Shown in pieces: positions 8,719 to 17,841 of a DNA stretch of 64,000 nucleotides. The DNA comes from Aquamicrobium sp. GTDB taxonomy: Bacteria > Pseudomonadota > Alphaproteobacteria > Rhizobiales > Rhizobiaceae. The translations under genes and the position numbers were made by a program. The notes under the pieces are model-generated. The model saw only the letters and a list, made by a program, of their open reading frames with translations, searched no databases and had not been told where the DNA came from. Positions within the stretch are counted from its first letter, which is position 1, and every line of letters starts with the position of its first letter. The stretch lies in assembly GCA_019739225.1 (NCBI GenBank), contig JAHHDT010000006.1:189823-253822 (forward strand), in the 5' to 3' direction.

Positions 8719-8883
8719 ATGTCAGAGCTCAAGCGGCAGAAGGAGTTTTCGGGCCGTAACGCACGTCAGGGCGAGATCGTCCTGCGTACACCGATGCGGA
8801 AGGCGATCTTCATCGCCGGACTTGCCGGCTGCGTGTTGTTGGCGGTGCTGTTAGCCGTCTCTGCCTGCGTGCCGACGCCATAA
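8719..8883 (+). CDS. Small single-pass membrane protein (54 aa), not in ORF track
   Basis: My translation is MSELKRQKEFSGRNARQGEIVLRTPMRKAIFIAGLAGCVLLAVLLAVSACVPTP. aaagga sits 8 nt upstream of the ATG. The basic N-terminus followed by one TM helix resembles small proteins I recall next to leuB in rhizobia. Confidence 0.5.
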   Translation: MSELKRQKEFSGRNARQGEIVLRTPMRKAIFIAGLAGCVLLAVLLAVSACVPTP

Positions 8884-8923
8884 GCCGTGGCGCCGGCATG
8901 GAGGACCATTTTCCACTGCCGGA

Positions 8924-10030
8924 TCAGGCCGCCCGGAACTTCTCCACGATCGCGTCGCCCATGGCGACGGTGCCGACTTCGGTCATGCCTTCGGACATGA
9001 TGTCCTTCGTGCGCAGGCCGTCGTCGAGCACGGCCGAGATGGCGGCTTCGAGGCGGTCGGCCTCTGCGACCATGTTGAAGGAATAGCGCAGGCACATGGC
9101 GAACGACGCGATCATGGCGATCGGGTTGGCGATGCCCTGGCCGGCGATGTCGGGCGCGGAGCCGTGCACGGGCTCGTAGAGCGCCTTGCGCGAACCGGTC
9201 TTGGCATCCGGTGCGCCGAGCGAGGCCGACGGCAGCATGCCCAGCGAGCCGGTGAGCATGGCGGCGACATCCGACAGCATGTCGCCGAACAGATTGTCGG
9301 TGACGATCACGTCGAACTGCTTGGGCCAGCGCACGAGCTGCATGCCGCCGGCGTCCGCCAGCATGTGGGTGAGCTCGACGTCGGAATATTTCGCCTTGTG
9401 GGTGGCCGTGACGACCTCGTTCCACAACACGCCAGACTTCATGACGTTGCGCTTTTCCATCGAGCAGACCTTGTTGCGGCGGGTGCGCGCCAGCTCGAAG
9501 GCGACGCCCGAGATGCGCTCGATCTCGAACGTGTCGTAGACCTGCGTATCGATACCGCGCTTCTGGCCATTGCCGAGGTCGATGATCTCCTTGGGCTCGC
9601 CGAAATAGACGCCGCCGGTCAGCTCACGCAGGATGAGGATGTCCAGCCCCTCGACCACGTCGGGCTTGAGCGACGAGGAGGAGGCAAGGGCGGGGTAGCA
9701 GATCGCCGGGCGCAGATTGGCGAAGAGCTCCATCTCCTTGCGAAGGCGCAGCAGGCCAGCCTCGGGGCGCACCTCGTAGGGAACGCCATCCCATTTCGGC
9801 CCACCGACCGCGCCGAACAGCACGGCATCGGCCGCCATCGCCTTGTCCATGTCGGCATCGGAGATCGAGGCGCCGTGCGTGTCATAGGCGCAGCCGCCGA
9901 CCAGGCCTTCCTCGGTCTCGAAGCCGGCATTCATGTCGGCGTTCATCACCGCAATCAGTTTCCTGACCTCCGCCATCGCCTCGGGGCCGATGCCGTCGCC
10001 GGGAAGGAGGAGGAGTTTGCGCGATGCCAT
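8924..10030 (-). CDS. leuB: 3-isopropylmalate dehydrogenase
   Basis: ORF 8924..10078 trimmed to the ATG at 10030 ([17 protein letters not shown]...). It shows typical LeuB motifs: NLFGDMLSD and [14 protein letters not shown]. Confidence 0.95.
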   Translation of the reverse strand: MASRKLLLLPGDGIGPEAMAEVRKLIAVMNADMNAGFETEEGLVGGCAYDTHGASISDADMDKAMAADAVLFGAVGGPKWDGVPYEVRPEAGLLRLRKEMELFANLRPAICYPALASSSSLKPDVVEGLDILILRELTGGVYFGEPKEIIDLGNGQKRGIDTQVYDTFEIERISGVAFELARTRRNKVCSMEKRNVMKSGVLWNEVVTATHKAKYSDVELTHMLADAGGMQLVRWPKQFDVIVTDNLFGDMLSDVAAMLTGSLGMLPSASLGAPDAKTGSRKALYEPVHGSAPDIAGQGIANPIAMIASFAMCLRYSFNMVAEADRLEAAISAVLDDGLRTKDIMSEGMTEVGTVAMGDAIVEKFRAA

Positions 10031-10103
10031 GGGAAGACCTTTCGAAAGAATGTTCAGCCGGCGTCTTGCTAGCGGCATGGCAGCGGGCGCGCAAGCTCAG
10101 ATG

Positions 10104-11405
10104 TCAGGCCATCGCCTCGGTTTCGCGGCGAAGCTGGAGGGCGGGTGTGTCGGCAAGCGGCTCGACATCGTTCAGCGTGACGACCTCGCCCGTCTTCACC
10201 GGACGTGTGATCCGGACGCCGTGGGCAAGGCCTATCGGCAGCGCCTTCGTGTCCACAGAGGCTCGCGCCGGCATCAGCCTGCCCCAGACAGTGTAGCCGC
10301 CTTCACCATCGAGCATGTCACCCACGGCAAGGTTGCGCTTGGCAACGGCCACGGCGTCACCACGGAAGAAGCGGCTGTGGCCGGTCGGCTCACCGCGCAG
10401 GGAGGCGGAAAGGACGGAAATGCCGAGCTCCAGCCCGATGAGGTGGAACGGCTTGTACATGGCCGCATAGCGGCCGGTGGAATCGACAGGCAGGCCGTAT
10501 TGCCTGAAGCATGCGGCGGCATAATCGTTCGGCGCTTCCAGCACCACATAGACGCCCCAGCGCAGATCGCGGAAGACAGGCCGCCCGTCGCGCTCGAGCG
10601 ACGAGATCACCTCGACCATGCCTTCGCCTTCGAGCTGCCCGCCTACGGCGCGCGGCCGTAGCACATGAGCAAGGTCGTCGACGCCGCAGGGCGGAAACGA
10701 AAGCCCGGCTTCCGGAACGGCGAGACCGCAGGCGTTGGCGATGGCCGCCATTTCGATGGCCGACTTGGTGCCGTCGAGAAAGGAGTTGAACATCTGGCTG
10801 TTCATGCCGGCCGCCTTCGCGGCATCCGGCGTGAGACCGTAGTGGGTCCACACCTCGTCGGGCGTGACCTGGTGGTAGGCAGGCAGGTACTTCGTGCCCT
10901 TCCCGGCGGCTTGAACCGTAAAGCCCGCGGCACGCCCCCAATCAACCATCTCGGACACAAGAGCGGGCTGGTCGCCATAGGCCATCGAATAAACGGTGCC
11001 GGCCTTGCGGGCGCGGGCGGCAAGCGCCGGCCCGGCCAGAACGTCCGCCTCGACATTGACCATGACGATGTGCTTGCCGTTTTCGATCGCGGCAAGCGCG
11101 TGAACCACGCCGGCGCCCGGCGAGCCTGTCGAATCGATGACGACATCGACAGCGTCGGAAGCGCACAGCCCGGTGCCATCCTCGACGAAACTGGTCGCAG
11201 CGATGCGCTCCTCGCTCCAGCCAACAGCCCGGCAGCTTTGCTTTGCGCGCTCGGGCGACAGATCGGCAATAACCGTCACCTGAAGCCCCGGCGTGCTCGG
11301 CACTTGCGACAGGAACATCGAGCCGAACTTTCCGGCTCCTATCAGCCCTACCCGCACAGGCGCATTTGCGTCCGCGCGTGCCTGCAGCAACGCATGAAGG
11401 TTCAT
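10104..11405 (-). CDS. NAD(P)-binding oxidoreductase with C-terminal SAF domain (homoserine-dehydrogenase-like)
   Basis: 433-aa ORF with a Rossmann N-terminus VRVGLIGAGKFGSMF. The C-terminal segment AKRNLAVGDMLDGEGGYTVWG looks like a SAF domain. Confidence 0.75.
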   Translation of the reverse strand: MNLHALLQARADANAPVRVGLIGAGKFGSMFLSQVPSTPGLQVTVIADLSPERAKQSCRAVGWSEERIAATSFVEDGTGLCASDAVDVVIDSTGSPGAGVVHALAAIENGKHIVMVNVEADVLAGPALAARARKAGTVYSMAYGDQPALVSEMVDWGRAAGFTVQAAGKGTKYLPAYHQVTPDEVWTHYGLTPDAAKAAGMNSQMFNSFLDGTKSAIEMAAIANACGLAVPEAGLSFPPCGVDDLAHVLRPRAVGGQLEGEGMVEVISSLERDGRPVFRDLRWGVYVVLEAPNDYAAACFRQYGLPVDSTGRYAAMYKPFHLIGLELGISVLSASLRGEPTGHSRFFRGDAVAVAKRNLAVGDMLDGEGGYTVWGRLMPARASVDTKALPIGLAHGVRITRPVKTGEVVTLNDVEPLADTPALQLRRETEAMA

Positions 11406-11424
11406 CCTCTCCTCCCCGTTCGGT

Positions 11425-11814
11425 TCATCCGCGGTCGCGCCGGAGCGCCGTCACCTCGATCTCGATCTTCATCTCCGGCTCGTTGAGCTCGCAGACGACC
11501 ATGGTCGCGGCCGGGCGGATGTCGCCGAAATGCTCGCCGAGGATCGGAAACACCTTCTGCACGAAGGCGCGGTCGGTGACGTAGTAGCGGGCGCGGACCA
11601 CGTCGGCGAGGGTGAAGCCGCCTTCCTGAAGTGCTGTAGCGATGGTTGCCAGACAGTTGCGCGTCTGCGCCTCGACGGTGTCGGGCATGGTCATGGAGGC
11701 GTAGTCGTAGCCGGTGGTGCCGGCAACGAAACACCAATCGCCGTCAACCACGGCGCGTGAATAGCCCGCCGTCTTCTCGAAGGGGGAGCCGGTTGAAATG
11801 AGGCGGCGTGTCAT
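11425..11814 (-). CDS. RidA/YjgF family protein
   Basis: Internal ATG at 11814 of ORF 11425..11961 gives 129 aa: MTRRLISTGSPFEKTAGYSRAVVDGDWCFVAGTTG...MKIEIEVTA, the classic RidA fold pattern. Confidence 0.85.
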   Translation of the reverse strand: MTRRLISTGSPFEKTAGYSRAVVDGDWCFVAGTTGYDYASMTMPDTVEAQTRNCLATIATALQEGGFTLADVVRARYYVTDRAFVQKVFPILGEHFGDIRPAATMVVCELNEPEMKIEIEVTALRRDRG

Positions 11815-11821
11815 CGGCTGC

Positions 11822-12638
11822 TCAGAAATCGGAGGGGATGAGGGCAGCGGCGGCCTGCGGCCACTGGTCCCGCGCCGGCCAGAAGCGTGTCGCCTCGCCC
11901 TGCTGGGCGAAATAGAGCGTCTTTTCGTTGCGGTCGACGACCATGAAGGTGTCGGAGACACCGCAGGCGTGCGGCACGCAACCGCGCGCGCTGAGCAGCC
12001 CGTCCGCTTCCTCCGGTGCGCTGGATGTGCCGAGGCCCGTCGCCACGTCGCTCAGCGCGTCGCCTAGCAGCGATTGCGCCGCTGCGTAGATGGCCGCGTT
12101 GCGAAACAGGTCGAGCGGGTGCGGGGTGGCGGCCAGGTCGAGACCGTCCCAATCGGTGCCGGGTTCCGGCGCGTAGGTGATGACGCCCTGCAGCCGGAAG
12201 CCGTCGTCGGGATTCCACGCACGCACATCGGCCGTGTCGCCCGGCATAAGGTAGGGGACGAAAAAGACGTCGTAGTCGGAGACCGCGGCACCCGGTGTGT
12301 TGCACTCGTCATCGAGTTTGGCGGTGGTCACCTCCGCATCCCGCGGCTTCCAGACCATCACGGTTGCCGGAGCGCAGGCGTTGCCTCCCGGACCGACGCT
12401 GAAGAAGGCGACGGGGGTGCCGCGAACATCGGCGATCTTGTCGAGCATGACGAAATAGTCACGCGCAAGCTCGCGGCCGTCGAAGGCCAGCACCTTCTCG
12501 TAGTCGTCGGCTCTCCGTGATCGTGAATTCGCCACCGGCGAAGGGAACGGTTTCGGGCGCATCGTCCTGCGCGGCAACCGGCGACGCGGCGAGCGCGATC
12601 AGGGATGCGGAAAGAAGGGTCTTGAACGCGAAGGACAT
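11822..12638 (-). pseudogene. Secreted protein of unknown function, apparent single-base frameshift
   Basis: The signal peptide and N-terminus MSFAFKTLLSASLIALAASPVAAQDDAPETVPFAGGEFTITE lie in the frame of ORF 12459..12851. The rest (ADDYEKVLAFDGRELARDYF...IPSDF) lies in ORF 11822..12577. The frames meet near 12510-12515. Confidence 0.7.
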
Positions 12639-12711
12639 GACGGCTCCCATGCTGTTGCGAGCGGGCACCTTATCCGGCTCGCGGCCGATCGCGAAACAGG
12701 GATCGCGCCGG

Positions 12712-12948
12712 TCAGCTTTCCCGCACGATGTGGCGCAGGATGCGACGCACGAAGGGCGCCACCACCAAAACGGCCGGAAAGGCGAGCGCCCATGACGGCA
12801 GCCATGCCGCGAGCCAGACGGACGGCAGGCTGGCGTCGACGCCGCGCGCAATCACCGTGGACAGGCCCGAGACCAGAAACGACATCAGGCCAGACAGGAG
12901 AAGCCCGAACACGATGTGCTCGAAGCGCCTGGGAATGAACGGCTGCAT
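12712..12948 (-). CDS. DUF2798-like small membrane protein
   Basis: 78-aa ORF. FEHIVFGLLLSGLMSFLVSGLSTV and two TM helices match my memory of DUF2798. Confidence 0.7.
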   Translation of the reverse strand: MQPFIPRRFEHIVFGLLLSGLMSFLVSGLSTVIARGVDASLPSVWLAAWLPSWALAFPAVLVVAPFVRRILRHIVRES

Positions 12949-12956
12949 TCGTCAGC

Positions 12957-13562
12957 TCAGGCCCAGGGGCGGCTTTCGGTGTTGCGCTTTTCGAAGACGT
13001 CGATGGAGCCGGCCTTTTCCATGGTCAGTCCGATGTCATCGAGGCCGTTGAGCAGACAGTGACGCTTGAAATCGTCGAGGTCGAAGGTGACCACGCCGCC
13101 GTCGGGACCGCGGATTTCCTTTGCCTCGAGGTCGACGGTGAGCGTGGCGTTGGCGCCGCGGCTGGCGTCGTCCATCAGCTTGTCTAGGTCTTCCTGGCTG
13201 ACGGTGATCGGCAGGATGCCGTTCTTGAAGCAGTTGTTGTAGAAGATGTCGGCGAACGAGGTGGAGATCACGCAGCGGATGCCGAAGTCGAGCAGCGCCC
13301 ACGGCGCGTGCTCGCGCGAGGAGCCGCAGCCGAAATTGTCGCCGGTGACGAGAATCTGCGCGCTCCGGTAGGCCGGCTTGTTGAGCACGAAATCGGGGTT
13401 TTCCGAGCCGTCCTCGTTGAAGCGCATCTCGGCGAAGAGGCCCTTGCTGAGCCCCGTGCGCTCGATGGTCTTGAGGTAATCCTTCGGGATGATCATGTCG
13501 GTGTCGACATTGACGATCGGAAGGGGAGCGGCGACGCCCGTCAGCTTGGTGAACTTGTCCAT
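12957..13562 (-). CDS. leuD: 3-isopropylmalate dehydratase small subunit
   Basis: ATG at 13562 inside ORF 12957..13631 gives 201 aa: [27 protein letters not shown]...[17 protein letters not shown]. Confidence 0.95.
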   Translation of the reverse strand: MDKFTKLTGVAAPLPIVNVDTDMIIPKDYLKTIERTGLSKGLFAEMRFNEDGSENPDFVLNKPAYRSAQILVTGDNFGCGSSREHAPWALLDFGIRCVISTSFADIFYNNCFKNGILPITVSQEDLDKLMDDASRGANATLTVDLEAKEIRGPDGGVVTFDLDDFKRHCLLNGLDDIGLTMEKAGSIDVFEKRNTESRPWA

Positions 13563-13662
13563 GGTTCTGCCTGTCTTTCGGCCTTCGGATTTTCTTCCCG
13601 CCCGCTTTACACACAAAGCCCGAAAATTCAAAGCGGGCGTTGTACCGCCGCTTCCATCGGTT

Positions 13663-13884
13663 TCAATCCGTCTTGGCAGCCGGGCGCCAGCCTGCCGTGT
13701 ATGGCAGCACGAACATGTAGACGCCGGTGACCAGAAGAAAGGCCAGCGGCAGCAACGGCATCAGGTAGAGCCACTCGGCGGGCTCCTGCCCGAGACCGAG
13801 CGCGGCGAACAGGGCCGCAACGATGGCGACGAAGACGACCGAGACCCAGCGGTGGGTCTGGCGGATCCATTTGTTCCAGTTCAT
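13663..13884 (-). CDS. Small two-helix membrane protein
   Basis: 73-aa [29 protein letters not shown]... with two hydrophobic helices. No family is assigned. Confidence 0.5.
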   Translation of the reverse strand: MNWNKWIRQTHRWVSVVFVAIVAALFAALGLGQEPAEWLYLMPLLPLAFLLVTGVYMFVLPYTAGWRPAAKTD

Positions 13885-13895
13885 GAAAATCGTCC

Positions 13896-14309
13896 CTAGC
13901 GCTTTTTCTTCTTCGATACGTTCAGCGCCACCGCGGCGCGCACGAGCGTCTTCAGCGCGTCCGCATCGACGGCCTGGCCTTCGCTGAAATCGATGGCGCG
14001 GCGGACATTGCCGTCGAGGCTGGAGTTGAAGAGGCCAGACGGATCATCGATCGCCGCGCCGTGGGCGAAGGTGAGCTTCACCTTGTCCTTGTAGGTCTCG
14101 CCGGTGCAGATGATGCCGTCGCGCTCCCAGGTCGGCACGCCGAGCGGGTTCGAGGGCTTGCGCCACTTCACCGCCTCGATGATGTCGGGGTCGGCCTGCC
14201 TGATGATGTCGCGAAGGCGGCCAAGCATCGTGCCTCGCCAGTCGGTCATCTGTTTGATCCGGGCGTCGATCAGCCGGGAAGGGTTCGCTTCCTCGTTCAT
14301 GTCATTCAT
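13896..14309 (-). CDS. DUF1801 (YdhG-like) domain protein
   Basis: 137-aa ORF. IEAVKWRKPSNPLGVPTWERDGIICTGETYKDKVKLTFAHGA is typical of DUF1801. Confidence 0.8.
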   Translation of the reverse strand: MNDMNEEANPSRLIDARIKQMTDWRGTMLGRLRDIIRQADPDIIEAVKWRKPSNPLGVPTWERDGIICTGETYKDKVKLTFAHGAAIDDPSGLFNSSLDGNVRRAIDFSEGQAVDADALKTLVRAAVALNVSKKKKR

Positions 14310-14346
14310 TCTTCGTCACCTTTTCTTCCGGTTGCCGCGCGGGCGG

Positions 14347-14815
14347 CTACATCTTCTCGCCGGGCAGCCGGCTTGCCTGCTTCACCCAGTCGGCGAACAG
14401 GGCTTCATCGAACCGGCCGTCCTCGTGGATGTGGAGGTAGCGCACATCCTTCTGCTTCGAGCCGACCGGCGGGAGAGGGTCGAGCGAAGCGCCCTTGAAG
14501 AAGGCGACCTTGATGTATTTCGTCATGCAGTGGAAACCGAGGAACCAGCCCTGGTCCTCTCGCCGCCAGCGCCATAGAAGGGCGAGTTCCATTTGACGGC
14601 CTTCGCACACCGTTTGGAACCGCTTGCACGACGAGCGCGTCTATGCGGCGGCCGACATCGCTCTTCCAGTCCGGCATGGCCGCGATATAGGCCTGTACCG
14701 GGGCGTCGCCGTAGCCCTTGGCGATCTGCGGATTGCCGCCGGAGAGAAGCACGACCTCGCCGGGCTTCGCCTTCGGCAGCGGCTTGCGGTCCTTGCCTGT
14801 CGATGGGTTTGCCAT
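14347..14815 (-). pseudogene. Second DUF1801 domain protein, two apparent 1-nt deletions
   Basis: The N-terminus MANPSTGKDRKPLP...IDALVVQAVPNGV is in one frame. KAVKWNSPFYGAGGE is in a second frame (tail of ORF 14523..15143). DQGWFLGFHCMTKYIKVAFFKGASL...LPGEKM is in a third (ORF 14347..14610). The junctions are near 14604 and 14555. Confidence 0.75.
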
Positions 14816-14839
14816 TGTGTTTGCTCCTTTGCGGGGCCT

Positions 14840-15250
14840 TCAATCCATCCGCGCCAGCACCTGTTCCAGCCCGTCGAGGAAACGCGGCCAGCCAACGGTC
14901 GCGCCGCGGTAATAGGGCTGCTGGTCCTGACGGAAGCCAGACTGCTCCATGCGCAGGAGGGTGCCGCGGCTGGTGGGCGTCAGCGTCCAGACGACGAGGC
15001 TTCTCAAGTCCTTGGTGTCCCAGGTGTAGCAGAGGGTGCGGTTCACCTCGACCGACTGCACCTGGCAGTCGACGGTGCCCCAGTCGGCGCTGAGATTGAA
15101 GCGATGGTCGACGACCGGCTTGAACTGGTTCTTCATCAGCCACTCCTCGAGGAGGTGCGGTTGGGTGAGGGCGCGCCAGATCTTCTCCGGCGGATGGGCG
15201 ATGTCGCGCTCGACGACGACGGACAGGGTTTCGGACGACGTTTCGTTCAT
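14840..15250 (-). CDS. SRPBCC/AHSA1-family protein
   Basis: 136-aa ORF. ERDIAHPPEKIWRALTQPHLLEEWLM...GWPRFLDGLEQVL is the typical Aha1-like SRPBCC pattern. It overlaps the ArsR gene by 4 nt. Confidence 0.85.
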   Translation of the reverse strand: MNETSSETLSVVVERDIAHPPEKIWRALTQPHLLEEWLMKNQFKPVVDHRFNLSADWGTVDCQVQSVEVNRTLCYTWDTKDLRSLVVWTLTPTSRGTLLRMEQSGFRQDQQPYYRGATVGWPRFLDGLEQVLARMD

Positions 15251-15573
15251 TGATCCATTCTTTCGAGCAGGTCTTCGAGATCGTCGAACCGGTGATGCCA
15301 GAACTGGGACATGCGGTGGGTCCAGTCGATCAGCGGCGCGAGCGCGCCGAGATGGGCGCTGTAGTGGGTCTGCCGGCCCTGATGGCGGTCGCGCACGAGG
15401 CCGGCCCGCTTGAGCACGCCGAGATGCTTGGAGACGGCCGGCTGCGAGATGCCGGCGCGCGCGGTGAGCGCGCCGACCGTCTGTTCTCCCTCGCGACAGA
15501 GCCGCTCGAAGATGGCTCGCCGGCTCGGGTCGGCCAGCGTCCGGAAGAGGATTTCATGCGGCTGTTCGATCAC
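15247..15573 (-). CDS. ArsR/SmtB family transcriptional regulator
   Basis: 108-aa ORF (GTG start). It carries the winged-helix signature LADPSRRAIFERL...QTVGALTARAGISQPAVSKHLGVLKRAGLV. Confidence 0.9.
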   Translation of the reverse strand: MIEQPHEILFRTLADPSRRAIFERLCREGEQTVGALTARAGISQPAVSKHLGVLKRAGLVRDRHQGRQTHYSAHLGALAPLIDWTHRMSQFWHHRFDDLEDLLERMDQ

Positions 15574-15577
15574 TATT

Positions 15578-15623
15578 CATAACCCGGTGGATATGGTTTA
15601 GACCCATAACCAGAGAGATATGG
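15578..15623. promoter_or_regulatory. Direct repeat CATAACC-N6-ATATGG (x2) just upstream of the ArsR gene, candidate operator
   Basis: The repeat reads cataacccggtggatatgg at 15578-15596 and cataaccagagagatatgg at 15605-15623. It sits in the divergent region between the ArsR operon and the aminotransferase gene. Confidence 0.3.
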
Positions 15624-15725
15624 ATGTGTCAACCCGGGGGTGGGGAGCGCGAACTTGAGGTTCTTCAAGAGATTCAACCGACGCTGGAAAGGCCTTGTTC
15701 GGACGGCTAGAAATGGTCGTAGCGA

Positions 15726-16862
15726 ATGGAGGTGGCGATGAGGATCGAGGCGTTCGGGGTCGAGATATGGATGAACCGGCACGAGAATCACTGCCGCTAT
15801 AATCTCGCCGAGACATGCGTGGAATCGCTGATGGTGGCCGAGCTGCTGGCGCTGGCTGGACGGCCGAATTCGGTGCTCGACGATCTCCTGCCGATGAAGC
15901 TGACCTATGGCGCGATCGAGGGCTCGGCGCGGCTGCGGGAGGCGATCGCCGGGCTTTATGAAAACCGAAGCGCGGATGAGGTGCTGGTCGCCCACGGTGC
16001 GATCGGCGCCAATGCGCTGGTTTATGCGGCGCTGGTGGAGCCGGGCGACCGTGTCGTTTCCGTCGTGCCGACCTATCAGCAGCACGTCTCGATACCGGAA
16101 AGCCTGGGAGCCGACGTGCTGACGCTGCCATTGCGCGCGGAAGACGGCTACGCGCCCGACCTCGACGCGCTGCGGCGGCTGGCGGGCGACAAGGCGAAGC
16201 TGATCGTGTTCGCCAATCCCAACAACCCGACCGGGGCGTTGATGGACAGGGGGGCGCTCGAGGAGGTCGTGCGCATCGCGGAAGGTTGCGGCGCCTGGGT
16301 GCTGGCGGACGAAGTTTATCGTGGGCTCGACCAGCAGGGCGAAGGCAGCACCGTTTCGGTCGCCGATCTGTTCGACCGGGGCATTTCCACCGGTTCGATG
16401 TCGAAGGCGTTTTCACTTGCGGGGCTGAGGCTGGGATGGATCGCGGCGCGGCGCGACCTGCTGGAAGCCGTTTCGATCCACCGTGACTACAACACGATCA
16501 GCGTCGGCATGATCGACGACCTGCTGGCGGCCATCGCGCTGGAGAGCCGCGACGCGGTGCTGGCGCGCAACCGCGCCATCGTGCGCGAAAACCTTGCGGT
16601 GCTCGACGCATGGGTCGCCGGCGAGCCGTCGATTTCGTGGGTGAAGCCGCGTTCAGGCACGACGGCGCTGCTGCGCTATACGCACGAGATGGGTTCGGAG
16701 GCGTTCTGTACAAGGCTGCTGGAAGAGACCGGCGTGCTGTTCACGCCGGGGGCGGCGCTGGGTGCGGAGGGTACGGTGCGCATCGGCTATGCGAACAATC
16801 CGCGGATCATGCGCGAGGGGCTTGCGGCGGTGTCGGGGTTTCTGAAGCGGGTGGGACAATAG
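15726..16862 (+). CDS. Class I/II pyridoxal-phosphate-dependent aminotransferase
   Basis: 378-aa ORF with an alternative ATG at 15738 behind ggagg. It shows the typical fold-type I pattern: NPNNPTGA, and SMSKAFSLAGLRLGW with the PLP lysine. Confidence 0.88.
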   Translation: MEVAMRIEAFGVEIWMNRHENHCRYNLAETCVESLMVAELLALAGRPNSVLDDLLPMKLTYGAIEGSARLREAIAGLYENRSADEVLVAHGAIGANALVYAALVEPGDRVVSVVPTYQQHVSIPESLGADVLTLPLRAEDGYAPDLDALRRLAGDKAKLIVFANPNNPTGALMDRGALEEVVRIAEGCGAWVLADEVYRGLDQQGEGSTVSVADLFDRGISTGSMSKAFSLAGLRLGWIAARRDLLEAVSIHRDYNTISVGMIDDLLAAIALESRDAVLARNRAIVRENLAVLDAWVAGEPSISWVKPRSGTTALLRYTHEMGSEAFCTRLLEETGVLFTPGAALGAEGTVRIGYANNPRIMREGLAAVSGFLKRVGQ

Positions 16863-16881
16863 GACGGTGGTCGAAGGGTGG

Positions 16882-16912
16882 CACCTTCTCCCCATTCCCC
16901 GGGGAGAAGGTG
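16882..16912 (+). terminator. Strong GC hairpin after the aminotransferase gene (repeat-family core, possible terminator)
   Basis: caccttctcccc-attcccc-ggggagaaggtg is a 12-bp perfect stem followed by tttctgcc. The core resembles family A repeat modules. Confidence 0.4.
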
Positions 16913-16976
16913 TTTCTGCCAGAACGGGATGAAACGAGACCGCGTCATCCCGGCCGACCGAGCTTGCGAGGGAGAG

Positions 16977-17087
16977 CCGGGACCCATTGAGCGGTGCGGC
17001 CGGTTTGTTGTTGCACGCTACAGTGCTGACATGCGCCAAGATGAAGACCGGGCCGTACGCGACGATGTTCCGACCAATGGGTCCCGG
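16977..17087. repeat. 13-bp perfect inverted repeats flanking an 85-bp spacer, within a mosaic of short palindromes
   Basis: ccgggacccattg at 16977-16989 pairs with caatgggtcccgg at 17075-17087. Neighbouring hairpins are gggatga-N12-tcatccc (about 16925-16950) and a cttccgggatgac motif at about 17110. Confidence 0.7.
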
Positions 17088-17166
17088 ATAGCCTCCGCTT
17101 CGCTCCGGCTTCCGGGATGACGTCGAGCCTTGCGGACGAACCTCAACGCATCCCGCCTCACCCGCT

Positions 17167-17604
17167 TCACGCGCGGTGGAGCGCCATCACGCCGGTCTCG
17201 GTGCCGGTGAGCCGGCGCGAGCGGCCATCGGCGCCCACCACCATCTCGACACGGCGGCGTTCGGCCGCGAAGTGCCGCGAGGTTGATGCGTTGACCGGCG
17301 GGTCGAACTGCACCGTCACGCGCCACAGCGACGGCTTGATGGTCTCGGCAAGGCCAATGATGCGGCCCTGAGCGGGGCTGTCGTTGAACGTGCCCTCGAC
17401 GCGGTCGCCGACGCTGAAAGGCGTCGTCTGTGCGGTCGTTTCGGTGCCGTTTTCCCTTGCGGCAAGCGTGTTCCAGTCTCGTGCGCCGTTCTGGCGGGCG
17501 ACGAGTTCCAGCGCCTTGCCGTGCGATACGGCGATGCCGTCCGCGGCAAGCGCGTCGCGCAGGCGTTTTGCATGGGTCTTGTAGTCGGATGACGTATCGG
17601 TCAT
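17167..17604 (-). CDS. Hypothetical protein with a glyoxalase-superfamily-associated N-terminal helical domain
   Basis: 145-aa ORF. The N-terminus AKRLRDALAADGIAVSHGKALELVARQNGARDWNTLAA matches a domain I recall on glyoxalase-related proteins. The C-terminal half is uncharacterised. Confidence 0.6.
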   Translation of the reverse strand: MTDTSSDYKTHAKRLRDALAADGIAVSHGKALELVARQNGARDWNTLAARENGTETTAQTTPFSVGDRVEGTFNDSPAQGRIIGLAETIKPSLWRVTVQFDPPVNASTSRHFAAERRRVEMVVGADGRSRRLTGTETGVMALHRA

Positions 17605-17841
17605 CGCGTTTCTCCTATCCTTCAGGTGGACGGCATGCTGTTCACGGGAGCCCGCATTGCCGTTTCGGCCGTCGGATGACAGGGAAACGAGATCGTCTCG
17701 TGAGCAGCGGATTCCGCTTTTCGGTCCGATGCTCCGGGAAGCTTCACCATGGCGTCAGCCTGCGGGCGGCAGGGGCTTCCCAACCCGGCCGCTCACATAG
17801 GGATTGCCGCACGCTGCGTCAATGGTGGCCGGGAACGCGCT

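Noticed and set aside
8924-13562. leuB and leuD separated from each other and from leuC
   Set aside because: A scattered leu gene arrangement is normal in alphaproteobacteria, so this is not an anomaly.
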